A program made the translations under genes and the position numbers. A model generated the notes under the pieces. That model searched no databases. It saw only the letters and a list, made by a program, of their open reading frames with translations, and was not told the DNA's origin. From positions 620,001 to 684,000 of the forward strand of contig NC_090602.1 of NCBI RefSeq assembly GCF_000497125.1: a stretch of 64,000 bases of DNA, read 5' to 3'. The stretch's first letter is position 1. Every line of letters begins with the position of its first letter. Shown here one piece after another: positions 40,484 through 52,543 of this stretch. This stretch comes from Spironucleus salmonicida. Its lineage: Eukaryota.

Positions 40484-41446
40484 ATGCGTGTCCTGAGCAA
40501 ACAAGACATCCTTACCTACTACACCTTTGCCCATGCCATTAACGCCACCGAATCGGCGTTCGTTCAGTACTCTACGCAGCCAAACACATGTCCCGTCCGT
40601 GCTAATCTTTAGACTCCTTCTGGAAACAATCTTTTCATGCCGGCTTCAACACAAACGTCGTGTGGTTGTAAAATCGTTACTGTTCGTGCTGGAAATCTCA
40701 AGAAGAATCTTCCTACTATTAATGCTATACATGCTGATATTGATGAGGAGACTGGGGTAATATCAACTATTTTAGATGGGGCCCAGCTCACAATTTTTAG
40801 AACAGGAGCTGCTAGTGGTGTTGCAACCAGATATTTAGCGAAGAAAGACGCATCAAGTCTTCTTGTGGTAGGTGCTGGTATTCAAGGTATGGCTGGAGCT
40901 TAATCTGTTTTCTTAGAAAGGAAAATTACTAAAATTTGCGTTTTTGATACCAGAAAAGAGTGTTTCCAGAAATTTTAAGAAATTTTTTAGGGGGTAGAGA
41001 TTATCTAGTTAACTGACATTAATGCTGTCAACGAAGTTATTGGCTAATATGATATAGTTATTACTACAACTACTTCTGAAACTCCTGTTGTAGACCTTAC
41101 TAAACTTAAGGAAGGATGTTTTGTGAGCTGTGTAGGTGCTTATTAGCCACACACTAGAGAGGTGGATATCACACAGAGACAGGTGAAAATAGTAGTTGAT
41201 ACAAGAAGTGGATGCTTTGCTGAAGCAGGCGAAGTTATAATACCTGCAAAGGAGGGAAAGTTAGTCTTAGATGAAAAGATTCCAGAAATTGGTGAAATTG
41301 CAGCTGGTAAAATTAAAGGAAGAGAAAATGATACAGAAATCATTATTTTCAAAACAGTTGGATGTAGTTTATAAGATTGTGTTGTTGGTAGAGAAATCGC
41401 AATTATGGGAGCTCAGAAGGGTCTTGGTGTCGTTGTCGAGATGTGA
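40484..41446 (+). CDS. ocd: ornithine cyclodeaminase / mu-crystallin family, 320 aa
   Basis: LFMPA, GCKIVTV, DGAQLTIFRTGAASGVATRYLA, GAGIQG, EAGEV, FKTVGCSLQD motifs. Confidence 0.92.
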
Positions 41447-41592
41447 TAAAGTTACCTTAAATTTCACTATTAATTTATCTGATTTCCAGTATCATTGAGT
41501 TTATACTATATATTATTAGAATAATAATATTTTAAATATTACTACTATAGTATATCTATATATTAAATAATTTATCTTACAGTCCTTGAGTA

Positions 41593-42900
41593 ATGGGTAT
41601 AAAAAAACTTACAGGGCTTCTTCCTTAGACGCCAATTCCCTATGGCTACTTTATAAACAAAACAATTGCAATAGATTTCTATAATTTTGCATTTATTTCA
41701 GCGCCATATACTGGATACGATCTGATTGTAAGAGATAATGTGCAATCGTTTTATATATTTTTTAATAGTTTGATTAAAAAAATTATGAAATATCGCAATG
41801 CGAAGGTTATTATATGTCAGGATGGATAATTGTTAGCTGGAAAAGCTCCTGTTTCGCTTCCTAGAATGTAAAAACGAGAAAAGATTAGAAAATCTATAAC
41901 TAAAAATACGAAAAGAAAAAGAGCCTAAAAATTAACTTCTAAAGGGTTTAATATTACAAAATTATAATGCCAAAAAGTATTTGAATTATTAAAGAAGGAT
42001 TTTCCTGAAGACAGATTTAGTGTTATTTGTGCCCCATACGAAGCTGATTTTTAGATAGACTACTTCGTTAAATCTGGAATGATAGACTGTGTATTATCAA
42101 ATGACTCAGATATGCCATTATTAGGTGTTGATGTTATTACACATTTTGGAAGTAAGAGCTAAATGCTTATCTCCAAAACCGATATGGAAATGTTTATTTC
42201 TAAGTATGGAGGTATGGATTCAATGTTTAAGTGCTGCTTATTGATGGGCAATGATTATTATCCAGGACACAATAAACCTATGGATGATATTTATTAACAA
42301 TTATTAGATAATAATTTTGATCTACTGAAAACTGCATTTGCTCTCAACTAAAATAATTCTCGTTATTCAGATGGCCAATTAGTTAAAACCTTATTTTTAG
42401 CTTATGCTATCTAGTATTATCCATGTATTTTCGATTTTTCTAAAAAACAAATTACCCATTTGCGTTAGATATCAAAAGAAGATTAAGAAGTTTTTAGGAC
42501 GTGTTTTGGGAAAGATATAGTAGGCAAAGAGTCATCTGACGAAAAAATTATTATGTAAATTTCGGGATATGCTTTAAATAGTTCCAAAAAAATTAAGTCG
42601 TTATAATTTTTTAAGAATATTTTTGAGAACTCGCTTAAAAAAATGTACCGCTAACCAAAATAATTTAATTTAACAGACTTCAGCATTTTAAATATATTAA
42701 AATGTGTAAAAGTTGAGGGCACAATATATAGATATGAAGACAAATAGTTTGACCTATCCGAACCTGCATTATATGCACATTATTTATTCCAGTAAAGCAT
42801 TTAAGAGCAGCTTTAATTTAATTTCAATGAAAAGATACCAGAAAATTATATCCACATTGATCTATCGACAGAGATTGATAAAGAATCTTCTATGGAGTGA
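41593..42900 (+). CDS. Exo1/XPG (FEN1 superfamily) 5' nuclease, 435 aa
   Basis: MGIKKL, IAID, QDG, APYEADFQ, SNDSD, MGNDY acidic motifs intact; AGTGA stop. Confidence 0.88.
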
Positions 42901-42915
42901 GGCTAATAACGTTTC

Positions 42916-43119
42916 TCACTGGGCGGTGTACACCTGCCTGGCGAACTGGGCCATGCCGGCGACCACGTGCGCGTCCACGCGGATGGCTGCGGCAATGCGA
43001 CCCACCTCGGACTCGTTGGCGGAGAGCTCCTGCAGGATGGGCATCTTGGCGGCAAGGTTCTGGACCATGCGCTGCTTGGCCCGGTTGGACTCGAGGACGG
43101 AGCTGACCGCGCTGAGCAT
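42916..43119 (-). CDS. small hypothetical protein, 67 aa (copy 1)
   Basis: MLSAVSSVLESN...; C-rich upstream motif; AGTGA stop; GC3-rich. Confidence 0.7.
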   Translation of the reverse strand: MLSAVSSVLESNRAKQRMVQNLAAKMPILQELSANESEVGRIAAAIRVDAHVVAGMAQFARQVYTAQ

Positions 43120-43187
43120 TCTGCGTAAGGAGTGGAGCGGCTATAATACCGTCGGCGCAGCCCACAAGCCCAAAACCCTCACTCCGC

Positions 43188-43307
43188 TCAGAAGCTGAGG
43201 TCGTCGTCCCCGAGCATGTCCTGCACGCCCAGGTCCACGCGGTTCTGCAGCAGCAGGCCCTCCGCGCCCTCGCCCTGCGCGAGCTGCTCCAGCATGTTCT
43301 TGATCCT
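43188..43307 (-). pseudogene. 3' fragment of PDCD5
   Basis: Last 40 codons of the 45079-45420 gene. Confidence 0.8.
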
Positions 43308-43474
43308 CCTATTGCCTATAATTAAACTATATATATTTATACTTGTTTTTAAGAATAACCTTAAAATATAATATGATTAAGCAATACCTGATAAAGTTAT
43401 ATAAATTGTTAAATATTGCTCAGATATAATTTAATCACAATATTATATGATATGATATTTCCGTTTCATTATAA

Positions 43475-44791
43475 ATGGGAGTTAAAAATCTTTCGTCAAT
43501 TTTGCCAAAAAAGTAGCTTCCAGCTAACTATTTTTGTGGTAAAACTATTGCAATGGATTTTTACAATTTCGCATTTACAGCAGCTCCATTTGCTGGTTTT
43601 GATCTTATACAGCATGATAATGTATAATCGTTTTTTACTTATTTCAAGTCTTTAATAAGGAAGATCCTATCATATTAAGATGCTTCAGTTATTCTCTGTT
43701 ATGATGGATAATTGTTGGCTGGAAAAGCTCCAGTTTCACTTCCTAGAATGTAAAGAAGATAAAAACTGAGATCATAAATCACTAAAAATATGAGCAAAAC
43801 TGAAGTTAGAAAGTTGTGTACTAAGGGATTTACAATCACTAGAAACCAGTGCTCTCGTGTTTTTGAGATGTTATGTTAGAGTTTTGATAAAGATCATTTT
43901 AATGTTCTTTGTGCACCATATGAGGCAGATTTCTAGATTGAATATCTTGCTTAGTCTTAAATGATAGATTGCGTGTTATCAAGTGATTCTGATATGGCTC
44001 TATTAGGTATAGACGTTATAATGGATTTTGGATCTAATATCTAAACTTATATTGATAAAGTAGACATGACAAAATTTATTGACCAGTTTGATGGCATTGA
44101 AAATTTGACTAAATGTTGTATGCTGAAAGGAAATGACTATTTTCCTGGGTTTGATGTAAATTTTTAAGACGCGTTAGATAAGCTACGCAAAAATAAATAT
44201 AACTTACTATAAACCGCATTTTAGCTTAATTAAGAAAGATATATCATGTCACAAGTTAAGATAATAAAAGCTTTCTTCTTAGCATATTCTGTGTAGATAT
44301 ACCCTTTTATTTTCGATTTTAATATCTAGAAGATTAGGAATCTTAACTAAATATCAGAAGATGATGCAGATCTTCTTGAGTACTGCTTTGAAAGTAATAT
44401 AATTGGTTCTACAGAATTTATACAAAACCCTGTTAAATATATTTCTGGTTATGATTTAGACACGAAAAACTAATCCTGGCTATAGTCTAACGAAAAATAG
44501 CGATTTGAATCAGCATTGAAGTCTAAATTTTATCGTACTCCAACTAAGTCTCCTAAACCTGAGAGTAGCATTCTAAAATTACTACAATGTGTCAAAACTG
44601 ATAATTTTAAATATTGTTGTGGATAATAGGAGTTCGATTTGTCCCAAAATTCTTACCACACAGATTATCTTTTAAAACAAAGCAAATAAGACCAAAATAA
44701 GTTCTTATTTGGAGACTTGACACCAGTAGTCCTTTAGAAAAAACCTAAGACATCTTTCGTTATTTCTAATTATGCAATAAGCATAGAGTGA
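43475..44791 (+). CDS. Exo1/XPG (FEN1 superfamily) 5' nuclease, 438 aa
   Basis: MGVKNL, IAMD, YDG, APYEADFQ, SSDSD, KGNDY; AGTGA stop. Confidence 0.88.
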
Positions 44792-44806
44792 GGCTAATAA
44801 CGTTTC

Positions 44807-45010
44807 TCACTGGGCGGTGTACACCTGCCTGGCGAACTGGGCCATGCCGGCGACCACGTGCGCGTCCACGCGGATGGCTGCGGCAATGCGGCCCACCTCG
44901 GACTCGTTGGCGGAGAGCTCCTGCAGGATGGGCATCTTGGCGGCAAGGTTCTGGACCATGCGCTGCTTGGCCCGGTTGGACTCGAGGACGGAGCTGACCG
45001 CGCTGAGCAT
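44807..45010 (-). CDS. small hypothetical protein, 67 aa (copy 2)
   Basis: Identical protein to 42916-43119. Confidence 0.7.
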   Translation of the reverse strand: MLSAVSSVLESNRAKQRMVQNLAAKMPILQELSANESEVGRIAAAIRVDAHVVAGMAQFARQVYTAQ

Positions 45011-45078
45011 TCTGCGTAAGGAGTGGAGCGGCTATAATACCGTCGGCGCAGCCCACAAGCCCAAAACCCTCACTCCGC

Positions 45079-45420
45079 TCAGAAGCTGAGGTCGTCGTCC
45101 CCGAGCATGTCCTGCACGCCCAGGTCCACGCGGTTCTGCAGCAGCAGGCCCTTCGCGCCCTCGCCCTGCGCGAGCTGCTCCAGCATGTTCTTGATCCTAG
45201 CCTCGTCGACGCTCTGCGGCCCGATTTGGCCTGTCTGTGCGAGCTGGAAAATCACGGCCTCCACGCGGGCTGCGCGCTCTGGCGCGACTAAGGAAACGCG
45301 CTCGAGTCTCTGTCTGGCGTCAGGCAGCAAATAGTGCGAAAGGACTGCCTGTTTCTGCTCAACTTGCTCTTTCTGGGCCTGCTTTTAGGCTGCAGTTTGA
45401 GGAATTTAGTACTTATCCAT
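45079..45420 (-). CDS. PDCD5: PDCD5/TFAR19 dsDNA-binding family protein, 113 aa
   Basis: QKQAVLSHYLLPDARQRLERVSLVAPERAARVE...QLAQTGQI...VDEARIKNMLEQL. Confidence 0.9.
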
Positions 45421-45691
45421 CCGATTGTGGAGTGTGAAAAAGATTTATATTTATATATAATAATGTTAATATATGAAACAATAAAAATATATCGTTTCAT
45501 ATTCAATAAAAATTAAAAAAACTAAATTTCCCTGTTGAATTTGCAGTGAAAATTATAGTCATATTATAGTTATATTAGGTGATTATGATAGTAGGATTTT
45601 TGCATAGAGTACAGGTGGTATAAACTAATTTAAAATTAAACTAGTAATTTAGAGCTAATAGGGTTTAAATCATACCTAGTGTAACTAAACT

Positions 45692-45871
45692 TCACTGCAA
45701 TAACCTCAAATCATATGTATCTTAAAATGATTCGCTATCTGAAATCTCAAATTCTTATTGAATCTAAACTATCTATGATTAAATCATTATGTTCTCCCTG
45801 ATATGTGAAGGAATCAGACTGTAGAGATTTGGACAAGTTTTCGATTTTGGGTGAAGGGGTATTTTGGTCAT
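45692..45871 (-). CDS. small hypothetical protein, 59 aa
   Basis: MTKIPLHPKSKTCP...YDLRLLQ; AGTGA stop. Confidence 0.5.
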
Positions 45872-46123
45872 TTTTTATACACAGGGATAGCCTAAACACT
45901 ATATTAGTAGATATTAGTGAATATTGTTTGATCTGTTGTATATGTTAAATTATATAACTTATAATTTATATAAAAGGTTTGTTTTCACTAAAGTTTTAAT
46001 TTTAATTTTTTAATAACCTATAAAGTTATATTATTAGGATTAATTAATTCGTCCGCAGTTTATCCATTCTATGGAGTAGTGTGAGGGGTATGCATATATT
46101 ATACAAAAGTAGGATGGTCATTT

Positions 46124-47734
46124 TCAAACTTTGCTAGATCTCATTTCTATCTTATTTTTCCTCTTTGCTTTCTTTTCAGTTTTATTGTTGATCATGTCCT
46201 CAATATCTGAGTCAATTTATTTAGGTTTTAAAAATATGCATAAAATGAAACTGATTACCATGACGCAACATAGTACCGCATATTGGAAATGGAACCAATA
46301 TCTTAAATATTAAATATTAGAAACTCCGACATTAAACAAAATACCAGCCGCCGACCCATAAGTAAAACTAGAAAATACAGTGGTAAAGAATTACAACGAC
46401 GCTAATATACCAATCAACATAATAGATGCATTAAACAAAAATGAAGAGATTTATGTTAGACCTTTTTACATTGGATGTATTGATACAAATAAAATAAACC
46501 TAAATCCAAATTTTGTGACCCCTTTCAAATAGCAAAATATTACAAAAAATGCAACAATTGCAAATATAATTGAAGAAATAAGAGGAACTCCTATACCTAC
46601 TTGAGCTAAATAACATAGCTCAGATAAAAAGAAAGCTATTGTTCTATCATGCTTGAAAACTTAAGGAGCAAATTAATATATAAGTACCATAATATACTGG
46701 GCGGCCATTACAAATGACCCAATTGCACATAAAATACCTAAGACTAAAGAAAAATAATACTTAAGTGGATTCGCAGAATCTTTTTAGTTCATAGCAATAA
46801 TCTCAGAATAAGATTAATACAACTCTTATGCTTATCGTTCTAATATTATGGCTGCTTTGAGGAGTTTTTTATTGTTAGAAAATAAATTCTTATCGCTACC
46901 ATAGCGAAGTTCTCGTAAAACTACTGATCTAGGTGTATTTATAGTTAATCTTAAATATAACGTATCAATTTTGGTTAAAATACGCTATGCTTTAGTGATA
47001 TACTCTTTTTTAAATTTAATAAGTTACTATGTTGACATAGCTTTAGGTCTTCTTATAAATTTTTTAATTAAATCAATAGGTAATGCTGCAGTTCCAACGC
47101 CTAAAAATATAATAAACATGATTGAACCTAAAAAAGATACAATAGCAAAAAGATATGTTTAAAAATTTAAAGGAAGAACTATAGTGGTTTTCACGGATGC
47201 TCCCATAATAATATTGGTTGACTTTACAAGATTTTCGATATAGCCTGTTTAATCTCCTATTGTGGCTGAATCTATCATAATTGTTGGAATGTCTGCATTT
47301 CCAATGGTATAAAATAAAATTATTGTTATAGCAAAAATAATTGTTAATAAAATAAGCAATTAAATAAAAGCAAAAGAGTATTATTTAAAACAATTAACCT
47401 TTTCCTCGATCCTGATATCTTAAATAAAGAATAAATAAGGTAGTATAATGAATGCAAAAATCATATTTATATAAACGAATATTTACCATACTAGCGTCAT
47501 AAATGTTGCTCTAGGCGTAAGAAAGGAAACAGCTGCATCAAAAGGAATAAGTAACGGCGTAAAGATTGTTAAAAATATTGAAATAATGATTATAATTCTA
47601 GGGAAAATAGTTTTCCAAACTTCTTATTTATCCGCCCAATAAATAAGTTAATATAATGCTATCATTACAGAAAAACCAATGAACACAGCTGCTATAATAC
47701 CTAAAAGAATGTAAGAACCAGTAATTGAAAGCAT
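46124..47734 (-). CDS. LMBR1-like membrane protein, 536 aa
   Basis: LLIPFDAA, W..F.Y...FAFIILP, GVGTAALPIDLIKKFIRRP motifs; multi-TM with a central loop. Confidence 0.8.
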
Positions 47735-48377
47735 ATTATTTAATAAAGTGGGATGGTATATAATATTATATCTTGTTATGAAAAATAATTGTTAAATATT
47801 ACTAATAGAAAATAAATATTAATAAATATTGAATAATATTCATTAAATACATCTGAGTATATGTAATAAACTCTAGATTCCTAATTTTTAAAGATAAATT
47901 TCTGATTAAGCGATAAAATGCAGAGGCAGCAACTTCTCAAAGTGAAAATACATAATCACAAGAATTCAAAGTTCTAAAGCGTTTTTATCGTCTCTGAATC
48001 AAAATCATAGTAAGTATCATCGGATAATTCTAAATTTAGCATCTCCATGCGGTCTCTCTAGAAAATTGTTTAGGAGACGGATACACTAATAAACGACTTC
48101 AACTAAGATGTCTGTTTCAAAAGAGGAGGCAAACTTATGTTGCTACCCCTACCAGACTTCGCTTTAGTTTCTTTATTCATTTCAAAATTATACTAGTTTC
48201 CAATACAATATAATTAAATCCAAATCTTTACAACTAGAGAAACTTAAGATTTTCGTTATTATGAATTTATTATTTAAAATTTTCGTTTTTAATATCTTAC
48301 TTATAACTATATAATATAAATATTTTTGTTTTCCATATAAATTATATTATAAATATATAATAATCATTAAACAAAAA

Positions 48378-49940
48378 ATGTCAGAAGACAATAAAGACGA
48401 TGAGAATTTTGCACCAGAACCTTCACCAACCGACAATCTTCACGAATACTATGTCAAAACTGACCCTTCAAAGATGATCTTAGGCGCATTCATCCCATCG
48501 ATTCTGCAGAACATCCTCGCTACATTTTCGTACCTACTTTCGTACTCGATCCAGACGCTCTACTTCGGCGACTAGACAATCTACTCCTACGCTTCCTTCA
48601 TGCCCATATGGTTCATTTTCGCGATCCTGGTGCCCTGCTCCGCGGCGGAGGTCACGGCGCTCCAGTACGCGAAGCTTATCGGTCGTCGCGCCGCCGTGGA
48701 CGAGTTCCAGCAATTCTTTGCCCGTAGTATCTGGGTAATGGCGCTATCTGGTGTGCTTGGCTCTGCCATGTCGCTTGGGATGTCCGTGGTACTGTTCGGA
48801 CGCCTCCACGCATCGCCGACGTATAGGCTCTTCTATTACGTCTGGTCCGCACTGTATCCGCTCCTAGTTGCATTCTCATTCGGACCAAACTTCTGGTTCA
48901 GGACCGAAAACCGTAAATTCCTCATATTCTGCCGCTTCTCGTACCAGTTCGTCACGCAGCTCCTAATCGAGTATGCACTCTACTACCTCTTCGCGCCCAG
49001 CAGCCCATGGCCTACGCTGGTAGCGCTGATCGCCTCATTTTCGCTCACAACCGCCTGGCAGGTGTTCCTCATCAAGGAGAAGACGATTTTCTCAATTCTG
49101 GTGCGCTACGTTGTCAGATTCGATCTGGGGCTCTGCAAGGCGCTTTTCGTGCCCTAAACATGGCTGGTTGAGGCGAAGGCCATTTTCCTACCGTTTATTG
49201 ACATCTTTTTCCGCGTCGCCGCACAATCCGGAGAGGCAGCGGCGGTGCTCATTTGCCTCCATTTTGCGAGCTAGTACGAAGACAAATTCTACCAGTTCGC
49301 CACCTACCTCGATTTAACCCTCTACTACATGTTCGGAGCGCTTTTCAAAATCGTTGGGAACACGTTATATCAGGTAATTTTAACGCCAATTCACGTGAAT
49401 TTCAGCATTTTGCAGTACAACAGAACGCTAGAAATCGTCAAAAAAGCACTCACGTGGTACGTGATTTTAACAGCCGTAATCGCCCTCGTTTTCTACTTCA
49501 TATTTTCGCAGCTGGCCTCGTTTTTGACCTTCAACCAGGACGATCAAACGCACAATCTGACGTTCCTGTACTTCCGCGACTACCGCGCGCACCTGGGCAT
49601 TATCGCCATCGTGACGACCGTTTCGAACTCGCTCGAAGGGCTCATAATGACGGCGCTGGCGTTTTCTGGGCTCGACAGCAACAGGTTCTACCCGTTGAGC
49701 CTGCTGCTCGTACGCGTCGGAATCGCCGTCTACGGCGGCGCGCAGCTCATGACGGAAGTGGGCGAGTTCGCCCAGTTCGGTTACGTGCTCCTCTTCGCGA
49801 ACTGCGGCGCCGCGATTTGCGGCGTCTTGTGGCTCGCGTTTTACGTCGTAAAATTCAAGCTCGTCTGGAAGGAAAAGCGGCAGCGCAAGAAGGTGAGTTT
49901 GGACGAGGAGATGGCGAAGATGAAGGAGGAGGAGGAGTGA
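48378..49940 (+). CDS. MATE-family-like transporter, 520 aa
   Basis: Three supplied ORFs in one frame; DPSKMILGAFIPSILQNIL N-terminus; about 12 TMs; AGTGA stop. Confidence 0.75.
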
Positions 49941-51589
49941 GGGATTGGGAATTATTATATAATAATGATAATAGAAAAAATGTGGAGTGGGAGAAACTGA
50001 TAATGGTTTTTTGGATATAATAATGATAATAATATTGGTGGAAGGGGAGTGGAGGGGAGAGGGGAGGGGAAACTAAAGGGAATGAGAAATTATATGGAAG
50101 AGAAATAGAATAGATGAATGACTCAGAGGATGTATCGGGATATCGGATTGAGATATGATAATGGATGTAGTGCAATATGGTAATCTTTCCTCATCGAATG
50201 CCTTGAATGTTGCTTTTGGAATATTAGTTATTATCTTAGTTATTTTAGTTATTGTTTTGACAATTTATTTAGTCAAAAAGCCAAAAATAATTTAACCAGA
50301 CATATAAAGTCTGTTTTAGAACGAATAGATAGGAATAGTACCTCCATTATTGTAAACATCGAGGTAATTGTAGTGAAATAAAGTAAATCATCATATTATT
50401 TTCTTTAAAACAGTATAACAGTAAATTAAATCTAAATCTGTAAATAAATAGAATAGGTTACTATACTTGTAATATTACTGACTGTGAGTTTAATAAATTA
50501 TATTTATTTATTAATTACAATATGAACATAAAGTTTATGTTCATATGAACTTATTAACCTAAATATGGTGTTCAACAAAAAATCGTCAGAATAAAATTTT
50601 ATCTACATAATCGTATAATACTATTAATTTTATACGCTAAGTAAGGATACATAAAAGAAGGAAGGAAGAAAGGAATTGGAATAACGAACTTCTAAAATGA
50701 ATCTGATGGAGCGAACGAGGGAGGGATTTAGGTAAGTTTATATAAAATATTAGTTTATTGTAAAAATAAGGAAAGGATAAGTGGAAGGGAAAAATCGGTA
50801 GAACATATAAATGAATCAGCGGATATATTCAGATACCGTATTGAGATAGCGCAATATATATTGTTCAATACGGCGGTATGGCTTGCGAGGAGGATTTGTG
50901 GGGTTAGTAGGTTGGAAGCTAGTTAGGGAGCCTTAGTATGGTAATTTGGGCGTATGCAATAGTTGGCTGGTAAATTACAGCATTGTAGGTTGATTTGGAA
51001 AATAGTAGTTTTAAGGCTGGTGGTGCGTAATTTAATGCGGCGCAGATAAAACTACTTCGATCAATTTTATCCGCATGTTAGCCGTGTAGAGCTCCGAAAA
51101 TTAGATAGATGGAATATTTCAGGCGTATACTGGTGATTTAAACTTTTCCTGACGTGGAAATTAAGTAGGTCTGTAAGGAGCTCATTAAATTGCGACAAAC
51201 TATAAATAGTATTCTGTACTAAACATCAATTTGCTGCATAGGTACAATTAGCCTCAGTATTACTTCGCTTAAACTCCCCATCATACAACCCTAGCTCGCT
51301 AGTAAATCAGCTTCAAAATATAGTTTGGATTGATACTTGCTCATTGGTAGCAAATATCGGTAATCTCATTTTGATAAGTTGTATAATAATTATATTAAGG
51401 CTAGACCAATAATTGCATAAGTAAAATTTGATACCTGAGAACTGGAAAAACTAAAATGAGTTGCCAATTGGATATAATAAATATATTTATTTTAGTATTT
51501 GTATTATAAAGATAATACACAATTGATCAAAGTTCTAAATTATATATTATCCAAATATTGTTAATATTAAAAACAATGGAACTTCAATA

Positions 51590-52462
51590 ATGACAGAGGC
51601 TGGTAAGTGTGGTGCTTTAGATAATAAATGCCTTGTTGGTACTTTTTGCCCGGCTACTGCCAGTGACGTAGTAGATTGCAAGCCATGTGATGATAGTATT
51701 ACCAAAGACCAAGGCTGCAACTGTGTGGTCAATACGCAAAGTACAGGCTGCCTGTCTTGCGCGGACGGGAAATGTACAAATTGCTTGGCAGGATATTACC
51801 TCACATCCGAAGGAAAATGCACTGTCTGTGATAGAAACTGCATTACCTGCTAGACTGAAGCAAAGAAATGTACTTCTTGCAAAGCGGGGCTTGTTCTAGA
51901 TACTAGCACGAAAATCTGTGAGAAAGCTTGCGCTGAACTGAGGGATTGTTCTGATGCTAATAAAGGATACTGTGACTTATCAGTGAAATTCTGCAAGCCA
52001 TGCGGTTCTAACTGTTCCATGTGTGCTTCCGTTGATATCTGTGGAGCTTGTGGTACAGAGGATAATAACACAGTTCTAACTATCGAAGGAAAGTGTACTA
52101 AATAATGCGATAATTTGGAAGCCGAATAATATTGCCTTGAAGGAGTACCAACTGCTTGTAATGCTACTGCCACCTCGGAGTGTATGTGTAGTAATCAGCA
52201 AGGATGCGCCACCTGTAATGAAGCTAAATCTGGATGTGGTTTGTGCCTAACCGGCTTTACTATGACTACTGACAAGAAATGCACACTCTGCGTACAAGGC
52301 TACCAGGCGTTTGGTGGATTATGCATAAAACCAGGATCAGCTGAGTCAGGAAACAAGCTTGGTGGAGGTGCAATTGCAGGCATCATTATCGGCACTTTAG
52401 TGGTAGTAGCAGCCATCGGTGGTGGCCTGGCCTACTACTTCATTAGAAAATCCAGGAAATGA
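51590..52462 (+). CDS. cysteine-rich membrane protein (short basic tail, CRMP1-type), 290 aa
   Basis: CxxC repeats; TM GGAIAGIIIGTLVVVAAIGGGLAYYFI; tail RKSRK then stop. Confidence 0.9.
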
Positions 52463-52543
52463 TTCCATTTTGTTTATATTTAGTATATACATGATATTAT
52501 ATTTTATAATAAATAGTAAATTAAAAACATATTTAACACTTCT

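Larger units (their letters stand above)
42895..43307. repeat. 413-bp direct duplication of 44786-45198
   Basis: Offset 1891; only two mismatches seen (43000, 43262). Confidence 0.95.
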
